Shown: positions 41,831 through 52,532, counted from the stretch's first letter. The stretch is 64,000 nucleotides of DNA from an uncultured bacterium (GCA_903824855.1 CAIJYI010000043.1:177-64176); one strand, 5' to 3'. A program made the numbers and translations. Notes: a model not told the origin generated them from the sequence alone.

Positions 41831-42136
41831 ATGAACGTAAAGAAAGACGACATGGTTATCGTGCTCACGGGCAAAGACAAAGGAAAGAAGGGGAAAGTTC
41901 TCCAAGTTTTTCGTGAGAATGACAGAGTTACCGTTGAAGGCGTTGCCATCAAGAAAAAAGCTCTTAAATCAAAAGCTAAAGGGAAACCGGGTCAGATTAT
42001 TGAGAAGGCTTCACCTATTCATGTTTCAAACGTATCATTACTTGACCCAAAAAGCGGAAAAGCAACTCGCGTTGGTTCAAAGATGGTAGGAGACAAGAAA
42101 ATCAGAATTAGTAAAAAGAGCGGAGTCGAAGTTTAA
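41831..42136 (+). CDS. rplX: 50S ribosomal protein L24
   Basis: KOW motif KKDDMVIVLTGKDKGKKGKV. Confidence 0.9.
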   Translation: MNVKKDDMVIVLTGKDKGKKGKVLQVFRENDRVTVEGVAIKKKALKSKAKGKPGQIIEKASPIHVSNVSLLDPKSGKATRVGSKMVGDKKIRISKKSGVEV

Positions 42137-42200
42137 TTTAGTATAGTATCTGGTATTAAGTATGTAATTATACTACCTCCAGTTACGCCATAAAAATATC

Positions 42201-42749
42201 ATGGAAAATATTAAGACAAAAGAAAAGAAAGCATACGAAGCAATGAAGGCTGAGTTTGGATATAAAAACCCGATGCAAGCGCCTCGCCTCGTTAAGGTTG
42301 TTGTCAGTAGCGGAACGGGAAAATCAAAAGACCCAAAAAGAAATGACCTCGTCGTTGATCGCCTCACTAAAATCACCGGACAAAAACCGTCTTTGCGCGG
42401 AGCTAAAAAATCTATCGCATCATTTAAAGTAAGACAAGGAGATCCTGTCGGAGTTACGATTACTATGCGAAAAGGAAGAATGTACGGATTCTTGGATAAG
42501 CTCATCGATATCGCTATTCCCCGAATGAAAGACTTCCGCGGACTCGACGCAAAAGCTATCGACGAAATCGGAAACTACACCATGGGACTTCGCGAACACA
42601 CTATTTTCACAGAAGCTACCAATGAAGACTTGAAAGACGTTTTCGGACTTGCTATCACTGTCGTCACTACAGCAAAGAGCGCCAAAGAAGCAAAAGCATT
42701 CCTCGACGTCCTCGGATTTCCTTTCAAGAAACCTGAAGCTGCAAAATAA
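42201..42749 (+). CDS. rplE: 50S ribosomal protein L5
   Basis: ...NPMQAPRLVKVVV...GMDI-like C-terminus. Confidence 0.95.
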   Translation: MENIKTKEKKAYEAMKAEFGYKNPMQAPRLVKVVVSSGTGKSKDPKRNDLVVDRLTKITGQKPSLRGAKKSIASFKVRQGDPVGVTITMRKGRMYGFLDKLIDIAIPRMKDFRGLDAKAIDEIGNYTMGLREHTIFTEATNEDLKDVFGLAITVVTTAKSAKEAKAFLDVLGFPFKKPEAAK

Positions 42750-42760
42750 TTTTAAAAATG

Positions 42761-42790
42761 AAAGACCACCCTCGGGTGGTTTTTCTTTTG
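42761..42790 (+). terminator. terminator after rplE (the cluster ends here; no rpsN/rpsH/rplF follow)
   Basis: aaagaccaccctcgggtggtttttc. Confidence 0.6.
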
Positions 42791-42887
42791 TCATAAAAAC
42801 GTTTTTTTGTTTGTATGATAAGATTGTATAAGGTATTATTAAAACAAGTCATTATTCAATTAATTATTAATCGATATAAAAATATTT

Positions 42888-43703
42888 ATGGACGAATTAT
42901 TTAAAAATAAAAAAGTAGTACAAGTTGTTATGGTGCTGTTGTTGTCATTATCGGTATATCTTATCGGTCTTGCCGTGAATAATATTAAGACAAACACTTT
43001 TATTGGGCGAGATATTCCTGCACTCACGACTATCAATGTGACGGGGGAAGGAGAGGTCTTTCAAAAACCTGACGTTGCTGAGCTTTCATTTACAGTAAGC
43101 CAGGATTCCAAAACAGTGTCAGAGGCTCAATCAATCTCCACGGAAAAAATCAATAAAATTACCTCATACCTCAAAGATACGATGAAAATTGCGGATAAAG
43201 ATATCAAAACCGAGGATTACAGTGTTTATCCAAAATACGAATACCAGAAAGCCGTTGCGTGTTTGAATTTAAATATGAACGGATTTTGCCCTGACGGGAA
43301 ACAAATTCTTGTCGGATATACGGTCAGTCAGACAACTTCTGTGAAGATTCGCAAGATTGATGATGCCGGTACTATTCTCACCGCTATCGGAGATAAGGGG
43401 GCGACGACGGTGAGCGGACTCAGCTTTACCGTTGATGCGAAAAAAGATTTTGAAGCAAAAGCCCGCGACTTGGCAATAAAAGAAGCGCAAACAAAAGCTG
43501 AAACCTTGGCAAAAAGTTTAGGGGTTTCTCTTACACGCATCACGAATTTTTCAGAAGGCGGAAATTCACCGGTGTACGGTTATGGTGGCGGCGTAATGAT
43601 GAAAACAGCTTCACCGATGATGGATTCTGCACAAGCTCCGACGATTTCAGCAGGTGAAAATAAATTCACCTCGAATGTAAACATCACCTACGAGATACAG
43701 TAA
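42888..43703 (+). CDS. SIMPL-domain (DUF541/YggE-like) periplasmic protein
   Basis: N-terminal TM, TINVTGEGEV...PDVAELSFTV...EAQ pattern. Confidence 0.6.
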   Translation: MDELFKNKKVVQVVMVLLLSLSVYLIGLAVNNIKTNTFIGRDIPALTTINVTGEGEVFQKPDVAELSFTVSQDSKTVSEAQSISTEKINKITSYLKDTMKIADKDIKTEDYSVYPKYEYQKAVACLNLNMNGFCPDGKQILVGYTVSQTTSVKIRKIDDAGTILTAIGDKGATTVSGLSFTVDAKKDFEAKARDLAIKEAQTKAETLAKSLGVSLTRITNFSEGGNSPVYGYGGGVMMKTASPMMDSAQAPTISAGENKFTSNVNITYEIQ

Positions 43704-43744
43704 AGATGAGGTTATAACGGTTAGCTTTTTTAAGGAACAGGCGA

Positions 43745-43797
43745 CAAAATAAAACGTTCTGGATGGGGTCAGATGAGCCTGTCCAGAACGTTTTTTC
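43745..43797 (+). terminator. terminator (long hairpin)
   Basis: aacgttctggatggggtcagatgagcctgtccagaacgtt + T-run. Confidence 0.55.
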
Positions 43798-43873
43798 TGA
43801 ACTAATCGGGTTTGATATCAAAGGACTTTTGAGGTAAACTATTTCTACTTATAAGTAATCTGCAATTTATACT

Positions 43874-44182
43874 ATGAATACAAAAACAAAAATTATTCCG
43901 CTTGCCGATCGTGTATTGGTCAAGCCGGGAAATCCAAAAGATTCCATGAAAACAAAATCAGGGATTATTATTCCGGATACTGCAAGCAAGGACATACCTG
44001 AAATGGGTGAGGTTCTCGCCGTCGGAGAAGGAAAAATGCTTGATAACGGAGAGATTATTCCCGTCAAAGTGAAAGTGGGTGACCTCGTTCTTTTTTCAAA
44101 ATACGGACCGGATGAAGTGAAAATTGATGATGAAAAATATTTTATTATCAGAGAAGAGGCAATATTGGCAGTAGTGAAATAA
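43874..44182 (+). CDS. groES: co-chaperonin GroES
   Basis: IIPLADRVLVK...GEVLAVGEG... Confidence 0.9.
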   Translation: MNTKTKIIPLADRVLVKPGNPKDSMKTKSGIIIPDTASKDIPEMGEVLAVGEGKMLDNGEIIPVKVKVGDLVLFSKYGPDEVKIDDEKYFIIREEAILAVVK

Positions 44183-44218
44183 TATCCAATCGCAAATTTA
44201 TCAGTAATTATACAAATA

Positions 44219-44320
44219 AGGTTTTAGGGATTAGGTTATAGGTTTTAGACGAAACGATTCTTGTTTTCTAAATCCTAACACCTAACCCCTAACCCCTAAT
44301 CCCTAAAACCTAAAACCTAA
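44219..44320. repeat. TTAGG/CCTAA-type palindromic element (copy 3, groES-groEL spacer)
   Basis: ggttttagggattaggttataggttttagacgaaacgattcttgttttctaaatcctaacacctaacccctaacccctaatccctaaaacctaaaacctaa. Confidence 0.75.
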
Positions 44321-44325
44321 TCAAT

Positions 44326-45975
44326 ATGTCAAAACAAATTATTTATGATGAGAAAGCGAGAGCGCTATTAAAAACTGGCGTAGACAAAGTTGCCGACGCA
44401 GTGAAGGTAACACTCGGACCCCGCGGAAAGAATGTTATTTTGGATAGAACTTACGGCGCTCCGATGATTACTAATGATGGCGTAACTATCGCAAAAGAAA
44501 TTACTCTCTCCGACAAAGTTGAGAATATGGGAGCGGAAATGGTGAAAGAAGTTGCATCAAAAACAAATGAACTTGCAGGAGACGGTACCACAACCGCGGT
44601 TGTACTCACACAAGCGTTGGTCACGGAAGGAATGAAGAAAACTACCATGGGTGTAAATGCTATGGGTGTTCGTCTTGGAATTGAAGCAGCAGCCGCAGCT
44701 ATCGTTGAGGCACTCAAAAGTGCAGCGAAACCGATTAAAAATCATTCAGAAATTAAACAAGTTGCAACCATCTCCGCTGAGTCTGAAGAAATTGGTACTA
44801 TTATTGCTGATACTATTGATAAGGTGGGAAAAGACGGCGTTGTTACGGTAGAGGAGTCTCAGACTGTCGGTATTGAATCGGAAGTAGTGAAAGGTTTGCA
44901 GTTTGATAAGGGGTACGTTTCTCCTTATATGATTACGAATCCCGAGCGAATGGAAGCAGACTATTCTGACGTTGCTTTGCTGATTACCGACAAGAAAATT
45001 TCTTCTATAAAAGAGATACTTCCTCTTCTTGAAAAACTTGCACAGACGGGGAAGAAAGATTTGGTGATTGTTGCCGATGATGTTGATGGGGAAGCGTTGA
45101 CGACTTTTATTTTAAATAAACTTCGGGGAACATTTAATATCCTTGCCGTGAAGGCTCCCGGTTTTGGCGATCGTAAAAAAGAAATGCTCGCCGATCTTGC
45201 TGTTTTAACAGGAGGAAAAGTCGTAACGGACGATGTTGGACTCAAGCTGGAAACTGCTGAACTCGATGTTCTTGGACACGCAGGAAAAGTTATCGCCACA
45301 AAAGATGCGACCACCATTGTCGGAGGAAAGGGAAAGAAAGCCGATATTGATTCACGTGTTGCTCAGATTAGAAAACAAGTTGAGATGACCGATTCTAAGT
45401 ATGACAAAGAGAAAATGATTGAAAGATTAGCGAAACTTTCGGGCGGTGTTGCTGTCATTAAAGTCGGAGCCGCGACGGAAACCGAAATGAAATATTTGAA
45501 ATTAAAAATCGAAGACGCAGTAAATGCTACCAAAGCAGCAATCGATGAAGGAGTCGTTCCCGGAGGTGGAGTCGCGCTGGTGAAGGCCGCAGCAAAAGTT
45601 GCCTCAAAGGAAGTAAAAGCACCGCTTAAAAACTTTGAAGCTGAATATAAAGTTGGATGGGATATCGTTCTACGTGCAGTAGAAGCGCCACTTCGCCAGA
45701 TTGCTATTAACGCCGGAAAAGACGGATCGGTTATCGTAGAGAAAGTCCGTAACGCAAAAGGAAACGGTGGATACGACGCGAAGCAAGATGAAATGATTGC
45801 CGATATGCTCATCGCAGGAATTATCGACCCGGTGAAAGTGACTCGAAGTGGACTCCAAAATGCAGCATCTGCCGCCGCAATTCTTCTCACTACGGAAGTC
45901 GCTATCGTAGACGAACCAAAAGAAGAAAAGGAAATGCCGCAAATGGGAGGAGGAATGCCGGGAATGGGGTATTAG
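44326..45975 (+). CDS. groL: chaperonin GroEL
   Basis: full-length Cpn60, GGGMPGMGY C-terminus. Confidence 0.97.
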   Translation: MSKQIIYDEKARALLKTGVDKVADAVKVTLGPRGKNVILDRTYGAPMITNDGVTIAKEITLSDKVENMGAEMVKEVASKTNELAGDGTTTAVVLTQALVTEGMKKTTMGVNAMGVRLGIEAAAAAIVEALKSAAKPIKNHSEIKQVATISAESEEIGTIIADTIDKVGKDGVVTVEESQTVGIESEVVKGLQFDKGYVSPYMITNPERMEADYSDVALLITDKKISSIKEILPLLEKLAQTGKKDLVIVADDVDGEALTTFILNKLRGTFNILAVKAPGFGDRKKEMLADLAVLTGGKVVTDDVGLKLETAELDVLGHAGKVIATKDATTIVGGKGKKADIDSRVAQIRKQVEMTDSKYDKEKMIERLAKLSGGVAVIKVGAATETEMKYLKLKIEDAVNATKAAIDEGVVPGGGVALVKAAAKVASKEVKAPLKNFEAEYKVGWDIVLRAVEAPLRQIAINAGKDGSVIVEKVRNAKGNGGYDAKQDEMIADMLIAGIIDPVKVTRSGLQNAASAAAILLTTEVAIVDEPKEEKEMPQMGGGMPGMGY

Positions 45976-46136
45976 ACGAAAAGGAGAGAAAATCGAAAAT
46001 ATCACTTGGGTTCATCGCTCAAGTGGTATTTTGTTTCTGTCTTGCCATTTTATATATAATGTGATATTAAGAGGATAGGGTATCGGGCTTTGTTCGATAT
46101 AGTACGGTCATTTTTGCCAAAGAAAGGAGAACAAAA

Positions 46137-46274
46137 TGAGTGATTTTGATGATAGAATAAAAAAAGTGAAAGAACCTGCGAGCTGGAGAATATACGCCAT
46201 TGTTTTTGGCCTCTGTGTTTTTGCCCCAATTATTTTTGGAATCCTAGGGAAAATTCTCGGATTCGGTCAATAGT
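46137..46274 (+). CDS. small TM protein (45 aa), not in the ORF track
   Basis: AAAGGAGAACAAA-ATG RBS; hydrophobic core; terminator atcgccatggcaacgccttggcgat + T-run. Confidence 0.3.
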
Positions 46275-46451
46275 TTAAATAATCGCCATGGCAACGCCTT
46301 GGCGATTTTTACTATTAAATTGAGTTTTTTATACGGCGAATTTAATATCTGATAATCAATAGAAATGAATTTCGTTGAGTTTTCCTTTGTGGAAATAATT
46401 TCTCTTTAGTATAATTATAGAAACACTTTACAAACTAACTCATTTTTTTCT

Positions 46452-47426
46452 ATGTCTCCCGACACCTCTCATAAAATAAAAAAAGTATTCATAATCGGAT
46501 TTCTCGTCATCCTCTGTATTTCTTTTTTACTTTCGGTAATTATTTTTACCACACCTATTTGGTCATCACATGAAGCCAACAACAGTAAGGGGTCGTCACT
46601 GTCCCTGCCTTCCTATCCAAACGCTTATCCATTAGAATCAGCAAACTCTCCTTCTTTTTCGTCAGGACTTTCCACTACGGATTCATCTGCGGGGATTTCA
46701 GAAACTTCTATCGTTGAGAGAAAATTAACACAGGACGGGAATCTTTCGCTTATTGTTTCCAATACTGAAAATGCTATTGATTCAATTTCGTTAATCGCCA
46801 CACAAGAGGGTGGTCGGGTTGATTCTATAAATTATCAGAATGCCGAGAAGAGCGAGAAGATTAATGCCACCATTATTTTCCGCGTTCCTACTGCAAATTT
46901 TTCGAAGGCGATGAGTGAGACGAAGGCTCTGTCGCTAAAAGTGGTATCCGAAAGTGTCGCCACGAGAGACGTGACGGAACAATTTGTTGACATGCAGGCG
47001 CGCTTGAAAACCCTAAAGGTAACAGAGGCGCAGTATCAGGATATAATGCAAAAAGCCGTAAAGATAGACGATGTTCTTAATGTCTCAAAATATTTGGCGG
47101 ATGTGCGAATTCAGATTGAACAAATTCAGGGGCAGATGAACTATTTATCACGACAAGTTGATATGTCCACTATTACGGTTATGGTTTCTGCTGATCCTGC
47201 AATTAATCCTTCAAACGTTATTTGGAATCCATTGACGACGGCTAATGATGCAATGAAATCCTTCGTTGAAACTTTCTATGCAATTATTAACTTCATCATA
47301 AAAATACTCCTCTATTATTTGCCATTGGCAATTCTTCTCTCGATAATAGCCGTCATTTGTTTCTTTTTCTATCGTAAGGTATTGAAACCACTATACGAAG
47401 GAGGAAGGGACATATTGCATTTTTAA
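46452..47426 (+). CDS. DUF4349-domain membrane-anchored protein
   Basis: …DVTEQFVDMQARLKTLKVTEAQYQ…DVRIQIEQIQGQMNYLSRQVDMSTITV pattern; N- and C-terminal TM helices. Confidence 0.55.
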   Translation: MSPDTSHKIKKVFIIGFLVILCISFLLSVIIFTTPIWSSHEANNSKGSSLSLPSYPNAYPLESANSPSFSSGLSTTDSSAGISETSIVERKLTQDGNLSLIVSNTENAIDSISLIATQEGGRVDSINYQNAEKSEKINATIIFRVPTANFSKAMSETKALSLKVVSESVATRDVTEQFVDMQARLKTLKVTEAQYQDIMQKAVKIDDVLNVSKYLADVRIQIEQIQGQMNYLSRQVDMSTITVMVSADPAINPSNVIWNPLTTANDAMKSFVETFYAIINFIIKILLYYLPLAILLSIIAVICFFFYRKVLKPLYEGGRDILHF

Positions 47427-47485
47427 TTCATATATAGCTGTGTTATAATAGTCGTGTAATCTTAAAAGATAATTACTTTATTTCT

Positions 47486-48049
47486 ATGAACCCACTTTGG
47501 ATATTTATCGGTGTTATTGCCGTTGTCGCACTTGTCGTGCTTGTAATGTACAACAAATTTGTCACTCTTTCTGTAAATGCAAAAGAGGCTTGGGCGGATA
47601 TCGACGTTCAATTAAAAAGGAGGTACGATCTTATCCCGAACCTGGTAAATACCGTAAAAGGTTACGCGACACATGAGAGTGCCACATTCGAAAAAATTAC
47701 CGAGGCGAGAAGCAAAGCCATGCAAGCCGAAACTCCTGCAGAAAAAGGAGCTGCGGAAAACATGCTATCGGGAACTCTCAAAAGCCTTTTTGCCATCTCA
47801 GAAGCTTATCCTGAATTAAAAGCAAATCAAAACTTTCTCTCGCTGCAAACCGAACTTTCCGATACAGAAAACAAAATCCAAGCCGCAAGAAGATTCTATA
47901 ACGGAAATGTGCGAGACCTTAACACGGCCTTACAAATGTTTCCGGGAAATATTATTGCGGGAATGTTCGGAAAATTCACTAAAATGGAATTTTTTGAACT
48001 CGGTGAAGGGGAACAAGCTGCAAAACAACCGGTAGAAGTAAAATTTTAA
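47486..48049 (+). CDS. lemA: LemA family protein
   Basis: N-terminal TM plus the conserved LemA core (KEAWADIDVQLKRRYDLIPNLV...). Confidence 0.85.
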   Translation: MNPLWIFIGVIAVVALVVLVMYNKFVTLSVNAKEAWADIDVQLKRRYDLIPNLVNTVKGYATHESATFEKITEARSKAMQAETPAEKGAAENMLSGTLKSLFAISEAYPELKANQNFLSLQTELSDTENKIQAARRFYNGNVRDLNTALQMFPGNIIAGMFGKFTKMEFFELGEGEQAAKQPVEVKF

Positions 48050-48090
48050 AAAAAAGAAATCTTAAATTATTCCGTTCTTTATAAAAAAAT

Positions 48091-48948
48091 ATGGATACGC
48101 AACAAACAAACCATCCCGAAAAACCAATTGGTGTTTTTCGTCGAAGTGTAACTTTTGCGAAAAAGAGTATTTCACTCCTCGTTCAAGACTATCGAGTGAT
48201 GTATATTCCTCTTTTGTTTGGGATTATTACTTCGCTTTTTATGGCGGGTTTCTTGTTGTTCTATATTTTTTCCAACATTAATAATGGAAAAATATCATCC
48301 GGGACCATCCTTTTTGTTTGGTTCATGGTGGTTTTCTTTTCGACATCAGCGAGGATTGCCGTCACTCTGTCACTCAGGCCTCGCCTCCTCGGTAGTTCTA
48401 TCTCTTTGAAAGAGTCTTTTATAAAAATGATGAAAAAGACGGATTTTATTTTCGGATGGTCTTTTGTTTCATCGGCAGTCGGGATGCTTTTGGTTGCGTT
48501 TCCTTTTGATAGCTATTCTCTTTTTACCTCTATGATCCTTTCCGTTTATTGGATGTTTGGGACATATTTTATTATCCCTTCAATCGTTGAAGAGGAAATC
48601 TCACTTGCTTCCGCTTTTTCAAATTCAGTGGAAGCGCTAAAAAGATCGTGGAAAGAAATAATCGTTGTCAACTTCGCATTCAGATTGATAGTAGTTCCTG
48701 TTTTCCTTTTGTTTTTGTATCTCATTGCGGTTTTATTTTATTCTCTTCCTGCAGCCCCTCTTGCTCTCGAGATACTTATCTTTATCATCACAGTAGTAAT
48801 ACTTCTTTTGATGGTCACGCTCATGGTCTTTTCAATGCTTTTTCGTACATCGCTCGATTTGGTTCTTTATACTTTGAATCGTAAAGAAGAAGGCGGTCAT
48901 ATCGCAGAAATAATTCTCAAAAAACCGCGTAAAACAAAACTTCTATAA
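48091..48948 (+). CDS. hypothetical polytopic membrane protein
   Basis: about 6 predicted TM helices; located between lemA and htpX. Confidence 0.45.
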   Translation: MDTQQTNHPEKPIGVFRRSVTFAKKSISLLVQDYRVMYIPLLFGIITSLFMAGFLLFYIFSNINNGKISSGTILFVWFMVVFFSTSARIAVTLSLRPRLLGSSISLKESFIKMMKKTDFIFGWSFVSSAVGMLLVAFPFDSYSLFTSMILSVYWMFGTYFIIPSIVEEEISLASAFSNSVEALKRSWKEIIVVNFAFRLIVVPVFLLFLYLIAVLFYSLPAAPLALEILIFIITVVILLLMVTLMVFSMLFRTSLDLVLYTLNRKEEGGHIAEIILKKPRKTKLL

Positions 48949-49029
48949 TTTAACTATTAATGAGTGTGTTTCAAGGAAGGGAATCAGAGGACTCTGTACT
49001 TCTTTTTGTAACTTTGTATAATAGATTCT

Positions 49030-49923
49030 ATGGCTACTTTATATACTCTTCAAAACGTTAATACGAGGAAAACGTGGTTTCTAATGACTACATTTTTTAT
49101 AGTTATTATACTTCTCGGATGGGCGGTGAGTCTTTATTTTCAAAATCCTGGGATCCTCTATATCTTCTTTTTTTTCAGTATGATTATGAACATCGGAAGC
49201 TATTGGTTCTCCGATAAAATCGTTCTCTCAATGTCCGGCGCGCACGAGATCTCACATGACACTCATCATGATCTATGGAATGTTGTAGAAAATCTTTGTA
49301 TCACCGCGGGTCTTCCGATGCCGAAGGTATATGTTATGGACGATCCCGCACCGAATGCTTTTGCAACAGGTCGCGATAAAAATCATTCTGCCGTAGCCGT
49401 CACAACCGGTTTGCTTGCGATGATGAATCGGAATGAGCTTGAAGGAGTTATTTCTCACGAACTTTCTCATATCGGAAATAAAGATATTCTCCTCCAAACA
49501 GTGGTAGTTGTTTTAGTTGGTTTTATTACACTTCTGGCGGACTTCTTCATTCGTTCAACTTTCTGGAGCGGGGGCAGAGATAATGATGATAGAGGAGGTA
49601 CTATTGCTCTTATTATCGGTATTGTACTTTCCATTCTTGCTCCGTTATTTGCCCAGCTTATCCAGCTTGCCATTTCGCGAAAAAGAGAATTTCTCGCAGA
49701 TGCTTCAGGCGCGCTTCTTACCCGTTATCCGGAAGGGCTCGCTACCGCCTTAGAAAAAATATCAAGTTATCAGGGAGGAATGAAAACGGCCAATCGTGCT
49801 ACGGCACATCTTTTTATCGCAAATCCTTTTGGTCCCGCAGGTTTTAAAGGAAAGGCCTCCACACTTTTTATGACCCATCCGCCGGTTGAACAAAGAGTCA
49901 AGGCTCTTCGTGGTATGGCATAG
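49030..49923 (+). CDS. htpX: zinc metalloprotease HtpX (M48)
   Basis: GVISHELSHIGNKD HExxH motif, TM helices. Confidence 0.85.
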   Translation: MATLYTLQNVNTRKTWFLMTTFFIVIILLGWAVSLYFQNPGILYIFFFFSMIMNIGSYWFSDKIVLSMSGAHEISHDTHHDLWNVVENLCITAGLPMPKVYVMDDPAPNAFATGRDKNHSAVAVTTGLLAMMNRNELEGVISHELSHIGNKDILLQTVVVVLVGFITLLADFFIRSTFWSGGRDNDDRGGTIALIIGIVLSILAPLFAQLIQLAISRKREFLADASGALLTRYPEGLATALEKISSYQGGMKTANRATAHLFIANPFGPAGFKGKASTLFMTHPPVEQRVKALRGMA

Positions 49924-50010
49924 AATACCGAGTTTTCTCACCTCTAAACTTTTTCATTTGTTATGCACAAGATTTATTGTGCGAGCTTCTTTATCGCGAT
50001 ATAATATACA

Positions 50011-50589
50011 ATGATGCCAAGAAATAAAAAAAGAGGATTTACTTTGCTCGAAATGATCGTCACTCTTTCTGTCTTCATGATTATGACGACGATAATGATA
50101 TCGAGCAACCGCAACACGACAAAGACTGTTGTTTTGAATACCCTCGCGAATCAGGTGATTTCGGTGATACGCCAATCGGAATCCTACGCCCTTACCAAGC
50201 CCGCTTTATCCATAGGGAATTATCCGCCCTACGGAGTTTATTTTAGTACGGGATCCCCTAGCTCTTTTATTCTTTTTAAGGATACTAATAAAGACCACTT
50301 ATACACAGAGGGAGAGAGTCTCCAAAATCTTACTTTTCAACCCGGTTTTACCATTGCGAAACTCTGCGTAAACATGAAGAAGAATAATAAGACTCCCACA
50401 ACATGCACAAGTGTTACTAACATTGATGTTTCCTTCACACGGCCTTATCCGGAGCCGACTATTACCACCACAACATCTACCGTGGGTGAAATTCCTTTTA
50501 CTGACGTAGAGATAATTCTTTCATCGGGTGCGGGTAATATTCAAAAAACAATTGTTGTCTGGGTTACGGGGCAACTGGCTATTGAATAA
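50011..50589 (+). CDS. prepilin-type N-terminal cleavage/methylation domain protein (type IV pilin or pseudopilin)
   Basis: KRGFTLLEMIVTLSVFMI class III signal. Confidence 0.7.
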   Translation: MMPRNKKRGFTLLEMIVTLSVFMIMTTIMISSNRNTTKTVVLNTLANQVISVIRQSESYALTKPALSIGNYPPYGVYFSTGSPSSFILFKDTNKDHLYTEGESLQNLTFQPGFTIAKLCVNMKKNNKTPTTCTSVTNIDVSFTRPYPEPTITTTTSTVGEIPFTDVEIILSSGAGNIQKTIVVWVTGQLAIE

Positions 50590-50604
50590 ATTATGTTTTA
50601 AAAA

Positions 50605-51267
50605 TTGAGAATGAAAGGCGATAAAAAAATGCATCAGCTTAAAAATAATAGAAAAATATTAAATAAAGGATTCACTCTTGTTGAATTGCTTGTTTCCATT
50701 GCTATTTTCAGTATGGTATTTGTCTCAGCGAGTGGTGCTTTCGTATCGGTTCTTGATGCCTATCAAAAAATTACTAAAACGCGCGTGAGTGTTGATAATC
50801 TCACGAATGCGCTTGAAAGTTTGGTGAGAGAAGCAAAGACCGGAACAAACTATCACTGCGGGTCAACCCTTCCTCTAACCACACCATTGGATTGCGCTAG
50901 TGGTGATACTTATTTTGCTTTTGTTAATACCAATGTTCCGAGAATTTTGAGCGGAGGTTCTCAAACGCCTTCTATCGTTTATAAATTTGTTGCTTGCCCG
51001 AGTGCCTTCCCTTATTGCGGAAGAATACAGCGATCTGATGATGGCGGGGTTAATTTTTTTCCCGTGACGGTTGCACCGCCTGACCTTATGATTACTGACC
51101 TTAAATTTATCGCCATAGGATCGACTCCTTTTTCAGATGCAACTTTGAATGTTGTTCAGCCACAGGTCACGATAGTTATAAGAGGATACGTTACTTTGAA
51201 AGGCGGTGTTACTGCTCCTTTTAGTGTACAAACGATGGCAAGTCAACGTAATCTTGATATCCTGTAA
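50605..51267 (+). CDS. type IV pilin-like protein
   Basis: NKGFTLVELLVSIAIFSMV prepilin N-terminus. Confidence 0.65.
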   Translation: MRMKGDKKMHQLKNNRKILNKGFTLVELLVSIAIFSMVFVSASGAFVSVLDAYQKITKTRVSVDNLTNALESLVREAKTGTNYHCGSTLPLTTPLDCASGDTYFAFVNTNVPRILSGGSQTPSIVYKFVACPSAFPYCGRIQRSDDGGVNFFPVTVAPPDLMITDLKFIAIGSTPFSDATLNVVQPQVTIVIRGYVTLKGGVTAPFSVQTMASQRNLDIL

Positions 51268-51271
51268 AAAA

Positions 51272-51871
51272 ATGAAAAAAAACATACCTATAAAAAATAA
51301 GGACGGTCTTTCCATAAAACGGGGAATTGCTTTTGGTGTAGGGGGTTTCGTTATCGTCGAAACGCTTGTTGCGGTCGCTCTGGTTTTGCTGGCTATTCCT
51401 GACGCTCTGCAGATGTCAACCAAAGGTATTTATCTTTCAACCTATTCGAAGAACCAAATGATTGCTACCTATCTCGCGCAGGAAGGGATTGAATATATCC
51501 GAGCCAGAAGAGATTATAATAGAATGCTTGTCTTAAAAGATGGTGTTGGTGCCGCCAATTGGGACGATGGATTTTCCGGCATGGCCGACGCAGTTCGTAT
51601 TGATCCGTCCCTTCCTTCTCCTATCGTCAATTGTTCGGGCTGTAATATCTATAGCAATCCGCCGAATGCGAGCTATCATCTTTATATAAGCTCAAATGGA
51701 TTTTACTCGCATACTTCAGCAGGAAATACCGCGACTCCATTTTATCGAGGTGTTTTTGTGGTGCCTTCCGGAACTAGCGAATATGTTATTACCTCTGTAG
51801 TTCGTTGGAATGCCGGTTTTGTCAGTAAAACAACTACCTTGAACGGTTATATTTCCAACTGGTATAAATAA
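51272..51871 (+). CDS. pilin-like protein (non-canonical prepilin N-terminus)
   Basis: GIAFGVGGFVIVETLVAVALVLLA; start at the internal ATG after the upstream stop. Confidence 0.45.
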   Translation: MKKNIPIKNKDGLSIKRGIAFGVGGFVIVETLVAVALVLLAIPDALQMSTKGIYLSTYSKNQMIATYLAQEGIEYIRARRDYNRMLVLKDGVGAANWDDGFSGMADAVRIDPSLPSPIVNCSGCNIYSNPPNASYHLYISSNGFYSHTSAGNTATPFYRGVFVVPSGTSEYVITSVVRWNAGFVSKTTTLNGYISNWYK

Positions 51872-51887
51872 ACAGAAAAAAACTTAT

Positions 51888-52454
51888 ATGTTCAAATTGT
51901 TTTTTCAAAAAAAATATAATGAGAAATTAATTTCATTGAAAACAGCTAAAATTCATAATAATGAAAGTGGTTTTTTTCTGCTTTATGCAATTATTTTGAC
52001 TTCAATAATGCTTATTATCGGAATGGGAATTCTTGATGTAACTTTGCAACAAATTGCTTATTCGGGAGTGGACAGAGAATCTGTGCGTGCGTTTTATGCG
52101 GCGGATGCCGGTATTGAATGCGGACTTAGTCTTGATTTTGCTCTCAATAAACTCAGTACAAGTACTCCGCCGGGAACGTACACTCCGGGTGGAAGTGAAA
52201 AGGTTTGTAATGCTTCATCTATAACTATCACCACCACAACTAATCCGCCTAAATTTACTTTTAATATGTGGCTCGACAAAGCATCAGCAAGCAACAAAAG
52301 CTGTGCCAGCGTGACGGTAAGCCGTGTTATCAATGCTGATGGAACGACGGGAACAACCACTATCTCATCTCTCGGCTATAATTCTGAATGCCCTCTGATT
52401 GGAGCCTCAACGCGAATCCCCGTAACTGAAAGAGGACTCATGTCGGTATATTAA
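51888..52454 (+). CDS. minor pilin-like or hypothetical protein
   Basis: N-terminal hydrophobic helix FFLLYAIILTSIMLIIGMGIL; Thr-rich. Confidence 0.4.
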   Translation: MFKLFFQKKYNEKLISLKTAKIHNNESGFFLLYAIILTSIMLIIGMGILDVTLQQIAYSGVDRESVRAFYAADAGIECGLSLDFALNKLSTSTPPGTYTPGGSEKVCNASSITITTTTNPPKFTFNMWLDKASASNKSCASVTVSRVINADGTTGTTTISSLGYNSECPLIGASTRIPVTERGLMSVY

Positions 52455-52532
52455 GGAATTTTTAATTAACGAAAAAATGCCCACAATGGGCATTTTTTAC
52501 AGATTGAAAAGAAAAAGGATTGATTCATTACT

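Noticed and set aside
43710-43873. CIRCE/HrcA operator upstream of groES
   Set aside because: No TTAGCACTC-N9-GAGTGCTAA-like inverted repeat is present. Only a terminator hairpin and a sigma70-like promoter (TTGAGG...TAAGTA) are seen.
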